In this document: positions 12,530 through 24,659 of the stretch, piece after piece
Numbering within the stretch: position 1 is the first letter of the stretch
How the letters are laid out: every line of letters starts with the position of its first letter
Origin: Octopus vulgaris
Taxonomy: Eukaryota
Length of the DNA: 64,000 nucleotides
Direction: 5' to 3'
Assembly: GCA_951406725.2 (NCBI GenBank)
Contig: OX597837.1
Coordinates: 21,886,001-21,950,000 of the forward strand
Notes under the pieces: generated by a model
Databases searched by the model: none
Seen by the model: the letters and a program-made list of their open reading frames with translations, nothing else
What the model was told of the DNA's origin: nothing
Made by a program: the position numbers and the translations under genes

Positions 12530-12720
12530 ACATTTATTCTGTCAAATGTAATGCTTATTTATTTGCATAGTTTTGAATTAAACATGCATTATCTTTTTGT
12601 ATTGCAATTTTTATGACATGCTTATTTACTTTTAGTATGACATTGCAGGGTAGGTGTGAGAGGCTGAATATGGTAGAATATTTGGCCCGGATATGGCCAG
12701 TTTAAATGCTGAAGGGTTAA
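12530..12720 (+). mobile_element. piggyBac-type MITE copy
   Basis: CTGTCAAATGTAATGCTTATTTATT...AAATGCTGAAGGG|TTAA, the same family as 10522-11243. Confidence 0.7.
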
Positions 12721-13254
12721 GTGAAGTTAACAGTCTTCATGTGTTTTTTAGATTGGCTAACAATAACATGTCCTTAACACTGCAATTGTTTTACTTTCAA
12801 CATACTGTCTCATATCAAATTACTTGCCTGGCAAATACAACTTTGAAATTTCTAATACTCTCCTCTACTTATAAGAATTTCAATAAAAATCTTCAATAAA
12901 AAAAACAAAACACTACTTATGCTTTATGTTGCTCCACTTCCTAACCTTACTGAAGCTAATTAGGGATGATAGTTCGTCTTTAAGGGATGAATTATTAAGG
13001 CATGAGCTTATATGCAGGGGGAACATTTAAGTACCATATGTTCTGGCATACAAATAGACACAGTATTGTAGTATAAACATTCAAACACCATCACTGTCTT
13101 TCCAAATCCTGTTGCAAAATTTCACATGGAATTTTTGGTGTATAAGTCAACCTACCTTTTTTTGGTGCTAAATTTTGGTAAGAAAAATTTGACTTGTAAT
13201 TTGGGAAACATGGTAGTTGACTGTAAATGTGTCTCTGTTAGTCTCAACAATACA

Positions 13255-13779
13255 AACTCAATTGTTCGATCAACTGTTGTTATATTTGGCCACCTGCAGC
13301 TGCATCATCTTATCACTTGGCTCTCCTTGATCGGGTTCATAAGTGAGTCTCTCATTTGATTATTCCCTCTCATGCATCATCCCTGCAATCCTTGTCGCAT
13401 CAATGTGACATCACCAGTCTTAGTTTTTTGTTATTACCACAGGAAGTGCTCTGATGAACTTTGTCTCTTAGTTCCAAGATCACTTTGTGCTATCAGGCCT
13501 GACTCAAAGCTCACAGTATCTTCATCCAAATGCTGTTGTGCATTCACAAATTAAAAAGTCTTTCCATGGTTGTAGCTTTTTTCTTCCTTGAACTGCCAGA
13601 CATTGGAATACTCATCCATTTCATTGTTTCCCTCCTCTTATGACTTGAACTCTTTCAAGTCTCAAGTAAATTCATTCCTTTCATCTTAATTTCTTCTTCT
13701 TCATAGTCCCTTACACTAGGTGGCTTCTCATCTTGTTTGGGAGTTTCTTACAAAAACAAAAAAAAGAGAAAAAAAAAAA
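13255..13779 (+). mobile_element. 5'-truncated CR1/Jockey-group LINE: ORF2 C-terminus, 3'UTR and A-rich tail
   Basis: Frame-shifted translation includes LALLDRV, YYHRKCSDELCLLVP, TARHWNT and FPSSYDLNSFKSQVNSFL*. A-rich tail at 13752-13779. Confidence 0.75.
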
Positions 13780-14166
13780 CAAACCACCTACTCAGTGAAC
13801 TTGGGTATAAGTGATTGAGTATTCCACAGACATGGGCAACTTTAACAATTCTCAAGTGAAATTATCATTACAAAACTGGACTTTGAATTCTATGAACAAT
13901 TCCTTCAAGAGGTTTCAATGCAGTTTCTATCTTCCCAGTTTCACTTACATGACTTCAGTTTACCTAAGTCTATGTTAAAAGAAATCTGCCTAAGATGCCA
14001 AGCATTAAGATTGAACCTGAAACCTCATGATAATGCATTAAAACTGCAAGACCTTTCACTTATGAACTCAGAATTTGTGACTGGGCAGAGTGCTGGGTCA
14101 ACTTCAGAAGCTGTAGTTGGTATTGATATGTTGTGAAAAGCATTGATATCTTGTGAAAACAATGTA

Positions 14167-14202
<36 letters not shown>

Positions 14203-14998
14203 AGTATAGTGTGATGGCATGCATATCTATGTACATAAATGCATGATATTGTGTGGGGGTTTAAGTGTATACGGCATTATAAGCTGTGTGTGTGTATGTG
14301 TTCGGGGTAGGGCTGTGTATATTTGTTGATATAAATAAGAGCTTAAGTATAAGCACATGGACATGTAATGACATATTTATCTTTTTTATACAAAAGTGTG
14401 TAGGAGGCAAAGACCCACAAACAAGCTTACACAAAAGCAGATTTAATGAGTAAAGGGGTAAGCTGCACTATGTATGTATATATGAGCAGAAATAATTTCA
14501 ACCCTCACGTAATACCACCACCACCACCACCACCATCCCTCTACCTCCACCACCATCATCTCTACTGCCTTATCATTTACTGTATTTAGAATGCAGCAAC
14601 ACTGGTTCATTATGTGGTGGTGGAGCAGAGTGGTAGACAGAATAAAGTTAACATAATGTCATGTTGTGCATATTACTATGCAAACGTATAGCAATTTCTG
14701 ATTATACATCTGACAGTCATAGTAAAAACAGCTTTGCTGAGGAGATCTAATACCATTGGAACAAACCCAGAGTATTGACCTAATCTACTAGAGTTCATGT
14801 TAATTCCTCCTATTACCAATTTTAATTAATAGTGATTTCGGTGTAATTGACCTGTTTGAAATTTACCAAGATTTATAGTAATCGCTTCTGTCTGTCTTGG
14901 GTAGATTTAAGCATTGATCCAATCTTTGAATTGGATTGGATTACCTATGTTCAGTCCACTGCCGGACAAATGCCTCAGCATGTTATGTTCTCTCTCCC

Positions 14999-15050
14999 AA
15001 CCAATGTCTGATGAAGAGGCTGTAAACTTGAGTTTTAGATCATATTGGTT
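14999..15050 (+). ncRNA. Degenerate minimal type-I hammerhead ribozyme motif
   Basis: A 9-bp stem I (AACCAATGT/ATATTGGTT) directly flanks CTGATGA and the ATC triplet. The GAAA box reads GAGT, so it is probably inactive. Confidence 0.45.
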
Positions 15051-15325
15051 CAACAAGCCTGCTCTGCCACACTGGTTTAACATGGCTTGACAGAGTGTAC
15101 TCTTACCCAGGAGTAGTTAAGTCAACTACATCGACCCCAATGTTCAGCTGATACTTATTTTATCAACCCCAAAGGGATGAAAGGCAAAGTCAGTTTTGGT
15201 GGAATTTGAACTCAGAATATAAGGATGGACAAAATACTGCTAAGCATCTCATCCGGCATGCTAACGATTCTAATGTTTGCTGTCAATCTTTATCGCTAAT
15301 TAAATTCAAATATATTAACCCACAT

Positions 15326-15722
15326 GTGCAGGAGTGGCTGTGTGGTAAGTAGCTTGCTTACCAACCACATGGTTCCGGGTTCAGTCCCACTGCGTGGCAC
15401 CTTGGGCAAGTGTCTTCAACTATAGCCTTGGGCCAACCAAAGCCTTGTGAGTGGATTTGGTAGACGGAAACTGAAAGAAGCCCGTCGTATATATGTATGT
15501 GTGTGTGTATATGTTTGTGTGTCTGTGTTTGTCCCCCCAACATCACTTGACAACCGATGCTGGTGTGTTTCCGTCCCCGTAACTTAGCGGTTTGGCAAAA
15601 GACTGATAGAATAAGTACTAGGCTTCCAAAGAATAAGTCCTGGGGTCGATTTGCTCGACTAAAGGCGGTGCTCCAGCATGGCCACAGTCAAATGATTGAA
15701 ACAAGTAAAAGAGTAAACAGAG
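15326..15722 (+). mobile_element. SINE family A, full length
   Basis: Complete head, internal (TA/TG) tract and tail. Confidence 0.9.
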
Positions 15723-16017
15723 TATGCATTATATTCTTGATTAACTGAGAATTTAGACTTATACTCAGCTGAGTTTCAAATGTAGCAAAAATTGGTAAAT
15801 ACCAGATTACAATCCAGTTAAACTAAAAATAATTTGGTCAATCGGTCAGTCAGAATGATAATGGATCACCAATGCAGAATTAGGTTTTAGATGTTGTTTT
15901 GAATATTTTCCCCAGTTATTTTTTTGTCTTTGATCTTTCCAAGGTCAAGAAGATACTAGTCATGAAGCTGAGTTGACTGAAATCCATTATCTTCACTCCT
16001 CTACAAAATTATGCCCT

Positions 16018-16504
16018 GAGTTGATAAATTAAGTACCAGCAAAACACTAGGGTCGATGTAATTGACTAGTCCCCTCCCCCAAAATTTCAGGCCGTGTACC
16101 TTTAGTAGAAAGGATTATTATTATTATAAAGGTGGTAAGCTGGCAGAATCATTACCACACCGGACAAAATGCTTAGCGGAATTTCATCCACATGCCACTG
16201 AGGTCAACTTTGCCTTTCATCCTAAGTACCAACTGAATCTTGGGGTTGATGTAATCGACTTACCCCCTCCCCACAATTGCTGGCCTTGTGCCAAAACTCG
16301 AAATCAACGTTATTATTATTATTATTATTATTATGAAAGCAGCGAACTGGCAGAGTTGTTAGCATGCCACTTACCAACCACATGGTTCTGGGTCTAGTCC
16401 CACTGCATGGTACCTTGAGCTAGTGTCTTCTAATATAGCCTTGGGCCGACCAAAACCTTGGGAGCGGATTTGGTAGACGGAAACTGAAAGAAGCCTGTCG
16501 TATA

Positions 16505-16535
<31 letters not shown>

Positions 16536-16580
16536 CATCATCATCATCATCATGTTTAGCGTCTGCTTTCCATGTAGCAT

Positions 16581-16619
<39 letters not shown>

Positions 16620-17936
16620 GAGTGTATATATCTGTGTTTGTCCCCCCAACATCGCTTGGCAACCAATGGTGGTGTGTTTACGTCCCCATAACTTAGTGGT
16701 TCGGCAAAAGAGACCAATAGAATAAATACTAGGCTTACAAAGAATAAGTCCTTGGGGTCGATTTGCTCAACTAAAGGCGGTGCTCCAGCATGGCCGCAGT
16801 CAAATGACTGAAACAAGTAAAAGAATAAAAGATTAAGTTCAAATTCCACCAAGGTCGAATTTGTTTTTCATACTTTTGGGGTTTCTAAAAGAAGTACCAG
16901 TTGAATACTGGGGTTGATGTAATTGACTTAATCCCTCCCTTGAAATTTCTGACCTTATGCCAAAACTTGAAATCAAAGTGTTGAACTGGTAGAATTGTTA
17001 GCACACTGGGAATAATGCTTAGCGGCATTTCTTTCGATTTTATGTTCTGAATTTAAATTCTGCCAATGTCTACCTTGCCTTTCATCCTTTCAGGGTCGAT
17101 AAAATAAGTACCAGTCAAACATGGAGGTCGATGTAATTGACTCACGCTCTCTTCCAAAATTGCTGGCCTTGTGCCAAAATTTGAAAGCAATATCATTATT
17201 ATTATTATTTGTAAAAAGGGAAAAGAAACAAAATGAATAATACACAGAAATAGAGAAACAGAGAACTTGAACTGGAATATCCTGTGTTCTTTTTTCTAGA
17301 TGCAGGATATTCCAGTTCAAATTCTGAATTTCGGTATTTCTATTTTCATTTTCTTTCTTTTTCCTTGTTGCTGGTTATAAAAAAGTGAAACTTGATAACA
17401 TCATTTTTGTCAAGAAAGGCATGCAGGATATTCCAGTCTTAATAATAATAATAATTATGATTGTTATTATTATTATTATAATTAAGAAGGCAGTGAAATG
17501 GTTGAATCATTAGCATGCTGGGCAAAATGCTTAGTGGTATTTTGCCTTTTGCTCATCTCTACATTCTGAGTTCAAATTCCGCCGAGGTTGACTTTGCTTG
17601 TCATCCTTTCAGAGATGAATAAATTAGTATTAGTTATGCACTGGGGTCAATGTAATCAACTTACCCCTCCCCACAAATTTCAGATCTTGTGCCTATAGTA
17701 GAAAGTATTATTATTATTATTAAGGCAGCAAACTGGCAGAATTAGTAGTGCCCTGGACAAAATGCTTAGCAGCATTTTGTCCATCTTTATGTTCTGAGTT
17801 CAAATTCTACCGAGGTCGACTTTTGCCTTTCATCCATTTGGGGGTTGATGAAATAAGTACTAGTCGAGTACCAGGTTGATGTAATTGACTAGCTCTCTTC
17901 CCCCAAATTTCAGGCCTTGTGCCTTTAGTAGAAAGA

Positions 17937-17971
<35 letters not shown>

Positions 17972-18140
17972 GGCCGTAAGCTGGCAGGATCGTTAGCATG
18001 TCACACAAAATGCTTAGTGACATCTCATCCATCTTCATGTTCTCAGTCTAATTCTGTCAAGGTTGACTTTACCTTTTATCCCTTTGGATTCGATAAAATA
18101 AATACCAGCTGAAAGCTGGGGATCAATGTAATCAACTTAC
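16018..18140 (+). mobile_element. Head-to-tail cluster of about 7 SINE family B copies joined by (TTA)n, with a nested family A SINE (16366-16832)
   Basis: Heads at about 16131, 16338, 16983, 17488, 17724 and 17972; most are directly preceded by a (TTA)n tract. Confidence 0.8.
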
Positions 18141-18936
18141 CTTACTAGTTATAGCAGCTGGGTTCCACAAACCACAACCTTTCTGTCTTGAACTAGGAAC
18201 AGCCTATTTGATAATGCATTCCCAGATATACAAAATGATGTGTGGATGGTCACAATTAGTCTTTGCTCAGATTTTCTCAATTACAGCAGATCTGTGACTA
18301 ACCAACCACAAATCTACTACACCACATCCACTCCTAGCATTTATGAATGAGTAAAAATGATACATTATTACATCCTCTCATTAACTGACATTTGATAGCT
18401 TCAGACCATAGCCTCACATTCTTCACATTCCCAAAACTGCATCACAGGGGTTGGGTTTCCTCTTCAGAGACACTTTATCCTTGAATACCTTAGCTAACCC
18501 TTCGCAAGGGTCAGATACACCATATGCAAGAGAGACAAGAAAGACACTCCCTTCTGTGATAATACACCTACCCTTAAACACAGTTTACATACAAGAATGG
18601 TCTCTTTCTCTCTACCAATTTAACTCTCTTTTTCTCACAAAAAACTCCATTGTGTTGTTTCTCCTTCATTCATCTCTTCTTATTCTAGTAACAACACTCT
18701 CTGTATCTCTTAACTTGCTGTCTGTACATTGCTCCTGAGTAAACAAATTCTATATACAAGCCTCTTCCAGCCATCCTCAATCAGCTCCTGATGCACCCTA
18801 CCTCTCAAACACAGTACCCTTGCACCCTTGTACCCCTGTACTAAAAATCCTTCCTCTCACCCATGAAATTATACCATCCCTTGTAAACTTCCTTTCTAAA
18901 CACTTCCCTGTCATGTAACACAATCATTATTTTTAG

Positions 18937-18978
18937 CTTTGGAAACTGGATTCAAACAAACTAGATCTCAAAGGCCAG
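18937..18978 (+). other. Candidate 42-nt exon
   Basis: cattatttttag|CTTTGG...GGCCAG|gtaagt, a consensus donor, in unique sequence. Confidence 0.35.
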
Positions 18979-19254
18979 GTAAGTACAATTATTCCTAAAA
19001 ACCCTTTTTATAATATTGGCCAAAGTAAATGAATAAAGAGGTCAGTATGCAACTGATAATTTTCATCATCATTATTTAATGTCTATTTTCCATGCTGGCC
19101 TTGGTTGGATGGTTGGACAGGAGCTGGCAAGCCAGAGGGCTGCATCAGACTCTAATCATCTGCTTTGGCATGATTTTTACAGCTGGATGCCCTTCCTAGT
19201 GCCAATCACTTTTCAGAGTAATGAGTGCTTTTTTTCTTGGCACCAGTAAATGCA

Positions 19255-19550
19255 AGTGGCTTAGTGGTCGAGGTATTCAGCTCATGATCGTAAGGACATA
19301 AGTTCAATTCCTCGCAATGTATTGTGTCCTTCAGCAAGACACTTTATTTCACATTGTTGCAGTCCACTCAGCTTGCAAAAATGAGTAGTACCTGTAATTC
19401 CAAGGGCCAGCCTTGTCACATCCTGTGAACTATGTTAAGGATTTAAAGATAGACATGTCTGTTGAGTGCTCAGCCACATGCCCATTAATTTCCAGAGCAG
19501 GCTGTTCCATTGATCAAATCAACTGGAACCCTCATTATAAGTGACCAAAG
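19255..19550 (+). mobile_element. SINE family C (possibly Ceph-domain type)
   Basis: tRNA head GTGGCTTAGTGGT..GTTCAATTCC and body GGCCAGCCTTGTCACA...TTAATTTCCAGAGCAGGCTGTTCC...CAACTGGAACCC. The domain name is recalled from memory and unverified. Confidence 0.75.
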
Positions 19551-19645
19551 CGTCAGATTTTCACTTGGCACCAGCATGAGTGTTTTTCACATAGAACTAT
19601 TGGTAAAAAAAAAAAGATTTTTTGTTTTTCTTTTATAAAATTCAG

Positions 19646-19908
19646 CTAGGGTGCACAGTAAACATATTGTGAGCCAGATGCAGCCTGTGAGCTGTATGTC
19701 TGATACCCAAAAATTTACAATCTCATCTACAACAGGCCCTCTTCCAAAAGCTGACCTGCTGCAACAAATCAAGCTGATTATTATTATTGACCCCAGCACT
19801 GGAGGACCTGCAAAGAACATTGGCAGTGTTCCTTCTTCCTGATGAAACCTTCAAATGCATGCAATAAAAAATAAAAAGCTGAACACTATGCCCATCTCTA
19901 ATCTAAAG
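19646..19908 (+). other. Candidate exon (open frame to stop at 19840-42; AATAAA at 19863 and 19870; possible donor after 19908)
   Basis: Acceptor tttgtttttcttttataaaattcag|. The open frame is phase-compatible with 18937-18978, and there is an AAAG|gtatgc donor. Confidence 0.3.
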
Positions 19909-20051
19909 GTATGCGAATAGGCTACAGGTATTGCATCCTCTTACCCAAGCGAAATATAAGCCTGAAGAGTCTCATATTATATGCATGCATGCAGACGCAC
20001 ACATTTCCTTATATAACAAAACAAGGTAACACGTATATATTCAGGCAATGT

Positions 20052-20230
20052 ATGAGAGAGAGAGAGAGGAGGAGAGAAAGATAGGGGAGTGAAAGAGAAA
20101 GGGAGAGAGAAAGAAAGAGAAGAGGAGAGTGAGAAAGAAAGAAAGAGAAAGACAGAAAAAGGGAGAGAGAAAGACAGAAAGAAAGGAAAAGAGACAGACA
20201 GACAGAGAAATGGAAGACAGAAAGAGAGTG
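20052..20230. repeat. GA-rich polypurine low-complexity tract
   Basis: Direct reading of the sequence. Confidence 0.85.
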
Positions 20231-21344
20231 GGCGAGAGTTGGTGAAATTTTCCTCACAGAAATTTCTTAGGTCTTTTGCACCATAGAAACAAAAAACAAA
20301 ACAAAAAGGTCAGCAATAACAAAGTATTCCACACACACACACGCAGCTGCAAACATACATATACATGCAGCCATAAATATACACATACACAAAAACTGCC
20401 CATATCAGATGCAGAGCAAGAGTGTCAACATGCGCACATAAGAGATAAAGTTACATATAATTAGTCAGTATTTGGATGTGGCTGGCTCTATGTCGTACTT
20501 CAAAGGAGAAATTTTATCTATTTATCTAAGCACACAAATACATAGAAACGGACCAACATGCATACACTCTATACCAAATACTTAAGCAATAATCATGGTA
20601 AGTTGAAACTTTCAGACTCAAGAAAAACAACCCATTTAACACTTAATTCTTCAAATTCAGTCTAACGTGTATTGTTATTGCTATAACAATATGCGTTAGA
20701 CTACCATATTGTTATTGCTAAACAGTTGCTGCAATGCTAACTTTCTTTAACCCTTTAGCATTTCAAACAGCCATATCCAGCCAAAATATTCTGATTCTTC
20801 TATGTTCAAACTGGCCAGATCCAACAACTCACACCTACCTGAAAATGTCATTCTAAAAAAAACAAAACAATCGCATCGTCAAAATCTCGAAGCCATAAGA
20901 TAATGCATGATTAATTCAAAACAATTATCATTATCATCATTTAACTTTTGTTGTCCATGCTGGCATGGGTTGGACAGTTTGACTAGGGTGGCACACTGGA
21001 AGGCTGTGCCAAGCTCCAGTCTGACTTGGCATGGTTTTCTATGATTGGATGCCCTTCCTAATGCCAACCATAATGGGTGCTTTTACGTGCCACTGGCTTG
21101 GGTTCCAGCTGTGTGATACCGGTATCTACCACAATTGTGATTTTGCTTGGCTTGATGGGAATTCTCAAGCACGACATAACGCCAAAGGTCTTGGTCATTG
21201 CCTTGAGGCCCAACACTTGAAAGGAATTTGACCACTTTGCCTCTATGAGGCCCAATGCTCAAAGGGAACTCAGCCACTTTGCCTCCAGGGTTACAGAGGA
21301 ACTGGCTTTCTTAAAGATGAATTTAAAGATAGAGAAATACACAT

Positions 21345-21507
21345 AGGCACAAGCATGGCTGTGTAATAAGAAACTTGCTTCCCGACCACATAGTTGTGGG
21401 TTCAATCCTTGTGTGGCACCTAGGACAAGTATTTTCTACTATAGCCTTGGGGCTGACCAAGGCTTTGTGAGTGGATTTGGTAGACAGAAACTGAAAGAAG
21501 CCCATTG

Positions 21508-21561
<54 letters not shown>

Positions 21562-21812
21562 TATATATACTTATATATGTGTATCTATGTGTGAGTATTT
21601 GTGTGTATTTGTCCCCTCATCACCACTTGACAACTGGTGCTGGTATGTTTACATCCCCATAACCTAGCAGTTCAGCAAAAGAGACTGATAGAGTAGGTAC
21701 TAGGCTTAAAAAATAAGTCCTAGGGTTGAATTGTTTGACTAAAATCTTTCAAGGCAGTGATCTAGCATGGCCGCAGTCAAATGACCGAAACAAATGAAAG
21801 AATAAAAGAATA
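21345..21812 (+). mobile_element. SINE family A (diverged), followed by an inverted copy at 21866-22226
   Basis: Family A motifs are present in both orientations. Confidence 0.8.
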
Positions 21813-22584
21813 TAAAAGCACATATGATCATGGAATATGTATGAATCTTCTGCTTTAATTCTAACTTTGTTTCAGTCAATGGACTGCAGCCATTTCAGGG
21901 AAACCACCCTGAAGAGTTTGGTCAAATGAATTGAATCCTGGTACTTATTCCATCAATCAATTTTACTGGACCTCTAAGTTATATGGATGTAAACAAGCCA
22001 ACACTAATTGTCAAGTGGTGGTCATGGGGAGGACAAACACAAAGATACCTACACAGATATATAAATAATGTGCTTCTTTCAGTTTCCATCTACCAAATAC
22101 ACTCACAAGTCTTTGGTCAGCCCAGGGCTACAGTAGAAGATACTTGTCCAAGCTGCCAAGCAGTGGGACTGAACTCAAAACCAAGTGGTTGAGAAGCAAA
22201 CTGTTTACCACACAACCATACCAGCACACAATGTTAATTTTCTATGATAAAGATTTGTTACTTAGGAATTGACCTTCTTAAAGATGGGGTGAATTCAAAG
22301 ATAGAGAAATACACAAATAAAAGCAACATGTATAAATATTTCATTCTATGTTTCACTTAGTTTTAGTTATTGGACTACAGCCATGTTAGGGCACCATCTT
22401 GAGGGGTTTACTTGAATAAATAAACCCTAGTACTTATTTTTAAGTCTAGTTCTTATTCTACCTGCGTCTTTTACTGAATTGCTTAGTTATAGGAATGTAA
22501 ACAAACAACAGCAGATGTCAAGAGGTGACGGTAAGAGAGGGAGAAGCACAAGCACAAAAACAGACTTATACATATGTTACACAG

Positions 22585-23026
22585 TTTCTTGTTTCTTTAT
22601 TGCCCACAAGGGGCTACACACAGATGGGACAAACAAGGACAGACAAATGGATTAAGTCGATTATATCGACCCCAGTGCGTAACTGGTACTTATTTAATCA
22701 ACCCCAAAAGGATGAAAGGCAAAATCGACCTCGGCGGAATTTGAACTCAAAACATAGCAGCAGATGAAATGCCACTAAGCATTTCGCCTGGCATGTTAAC
22801 ATTTCTGCCACACAGTTTCTTATTTCTTTACTGTCCACAAGGGGCTAAACACAGAAGGGACAAACGGATTAAGTTGATTATATAGACCTCAGTGCAAAAC
22901 TGGTACTTATTTAATCAACCCCAAAAGGATGAAAGGCAAAGTTGACCTCGGCAGAATTTGAACTCAGAACGTAGCGGCAGATAAAATACTGCTAAGCATT
23001 TCACCCGGCACGCTAACGTTTCTGCC
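22585..23026 (-). mobile_element. Two tandem SINE family B copies
   Basis: CCCACAAGGGGCTA...GGATGAAAGGCAAA...TTTCTGCCA is repeated. Confidence 0.85.
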
Positions 23027-23274
23027 ACAGTTTCTACCTACCAAATTCACTCACAAGGCATTGGGCATTCTGAGGCTAAAGTAGAAAATACTTGCTCTAG
23101 GTAATGCATATTTATTCACATTGTTTTGTAGTAATCATGCATTATCTCATACCTTTGAGATTTTGATGATGGCATACTTTTAAAATAACATTGTAGGGTA
23201 GGTGTGAGAGGCCAAATCCAACCAATTTGAACATATAACAGGTAGAATATTTGGGCTGGAAATGGGTAATTTAA

Positions 23275-23910
23275 CCCCTTAGCATTCAGATTTCTTTGTC
23301 AAATGTAATGCTTTTTTTATTCACATTATTTTGAATTACTCATGCATTATCTCACAGCTTTGATATTTCAATGATGTGATTGTTTATTTTTAGAATGACA
23401 TTGTAGGATAGGCGCAGGAGTGGCTGTGTGTTAAGTAGCTTGCTAACCAACCACATGGTTCCGGGTTCAGTCCCACTGCGTGACATCTTGGGCAAGTGTC
23501 TTCTGCTATAGCCCCGGGCCGACCAATGCCTTGTGAGTGGATTTGGTAGACGGAAACTGAAAGAAGCCTGTCGTATATATGTATATATATATATGTGTGT
23601 GTTTGTGTGTCTGTGTTTGTCCCCCTAGCATCGCTTGACAACCGATGCTGGTGTGTTTACGTCCCCCGTCACTTAGCGGTTCGGCAAAAAAGAGACCGAT
23701 AGAATAAGTGCTGGGCTTACAAAGAATAAGTCCCGGGGTCGAGTTGGTCGATTAAAGGCGGTGCTGCAGCATGGCCGCAGTCAAATGACTGAAACAAGTA
23801 AAAGATAAAAGAAAAGATAAAGAGAGGTGTGAGAAGCCAGATTTGGCCAGTTTGAACACAAAATGAGTGGAATATTTTGGCTGGATATGGATGTTTGAAA
23901 TGCCAAAGAA
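23275..23910 (+). mobile_element. piggyBac-type MITE with nested full-length family A SINE (23410-23825)
   Basis: TTAA|CCCCTTAGCATT ... AAATGCCAAAGAA|TTAA; the MITE sequence resumes after the SINE. Confidence 0.8.
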
Positions 23911-24659
23911 TTAATAACATTCTCTGGAGTTGTATCTGTCTTGTAAATGACTTGATCTGGGAATGCATGTTGAAACTGAAGCAATGAAATTGTTGAAAAA
24001 TTTATTTAATGACACTACGCAAACCTGTTAAATCCACTTTAAATTAAATTTATTTCATGAAATGTCAAAATTTTTGTCACACAACTGTAAATGAATCACT
24101 GACACATTTCCTTTATAAATCTATGTCAATGACCGGGTTGCGGTTGTGTTGCGGAAATTTTGATGCCTCGCATAATAGATTAAATTCTTTAGTTAATTTA
24201 ACAGCTTTCAGTATTACTAAATTGCTCTTCCATGAAACAATAACACGAAAAATAAATAATTTTCCTGCTCATTCTCTTTCTCAGAAAGAAAGCGAAGATA
24301 GAGATAAAAGTTGCTTCTGGAAATTAATTAGAATAAGCATCCCATGTTTTAAAACAAAAAGTTTTTTTATGTTTAACCTGTTTGTTGTATTGTGCACTTG
24401 ATTTCTTGGCTGGAGCTAAAGGTTATTCATTTCTTTAAAAAAATTTTTGCTGAAGTGAAAACAAATATCAACTCTAAGTTAAATACCAGTTCTACTTCTC
24501 TTGAATTATGTTTGGGAAGATAAGATATAACAAAGAGTTACATACATAGATGTACACACACACACACACACACACACACATACTTGTATGCATGCACCTC
24601 CTGTAGTCTGTGCATGCCTTATGTTGTGTATGTGTACAAGTCTTATGTCTTGAGTGTAC

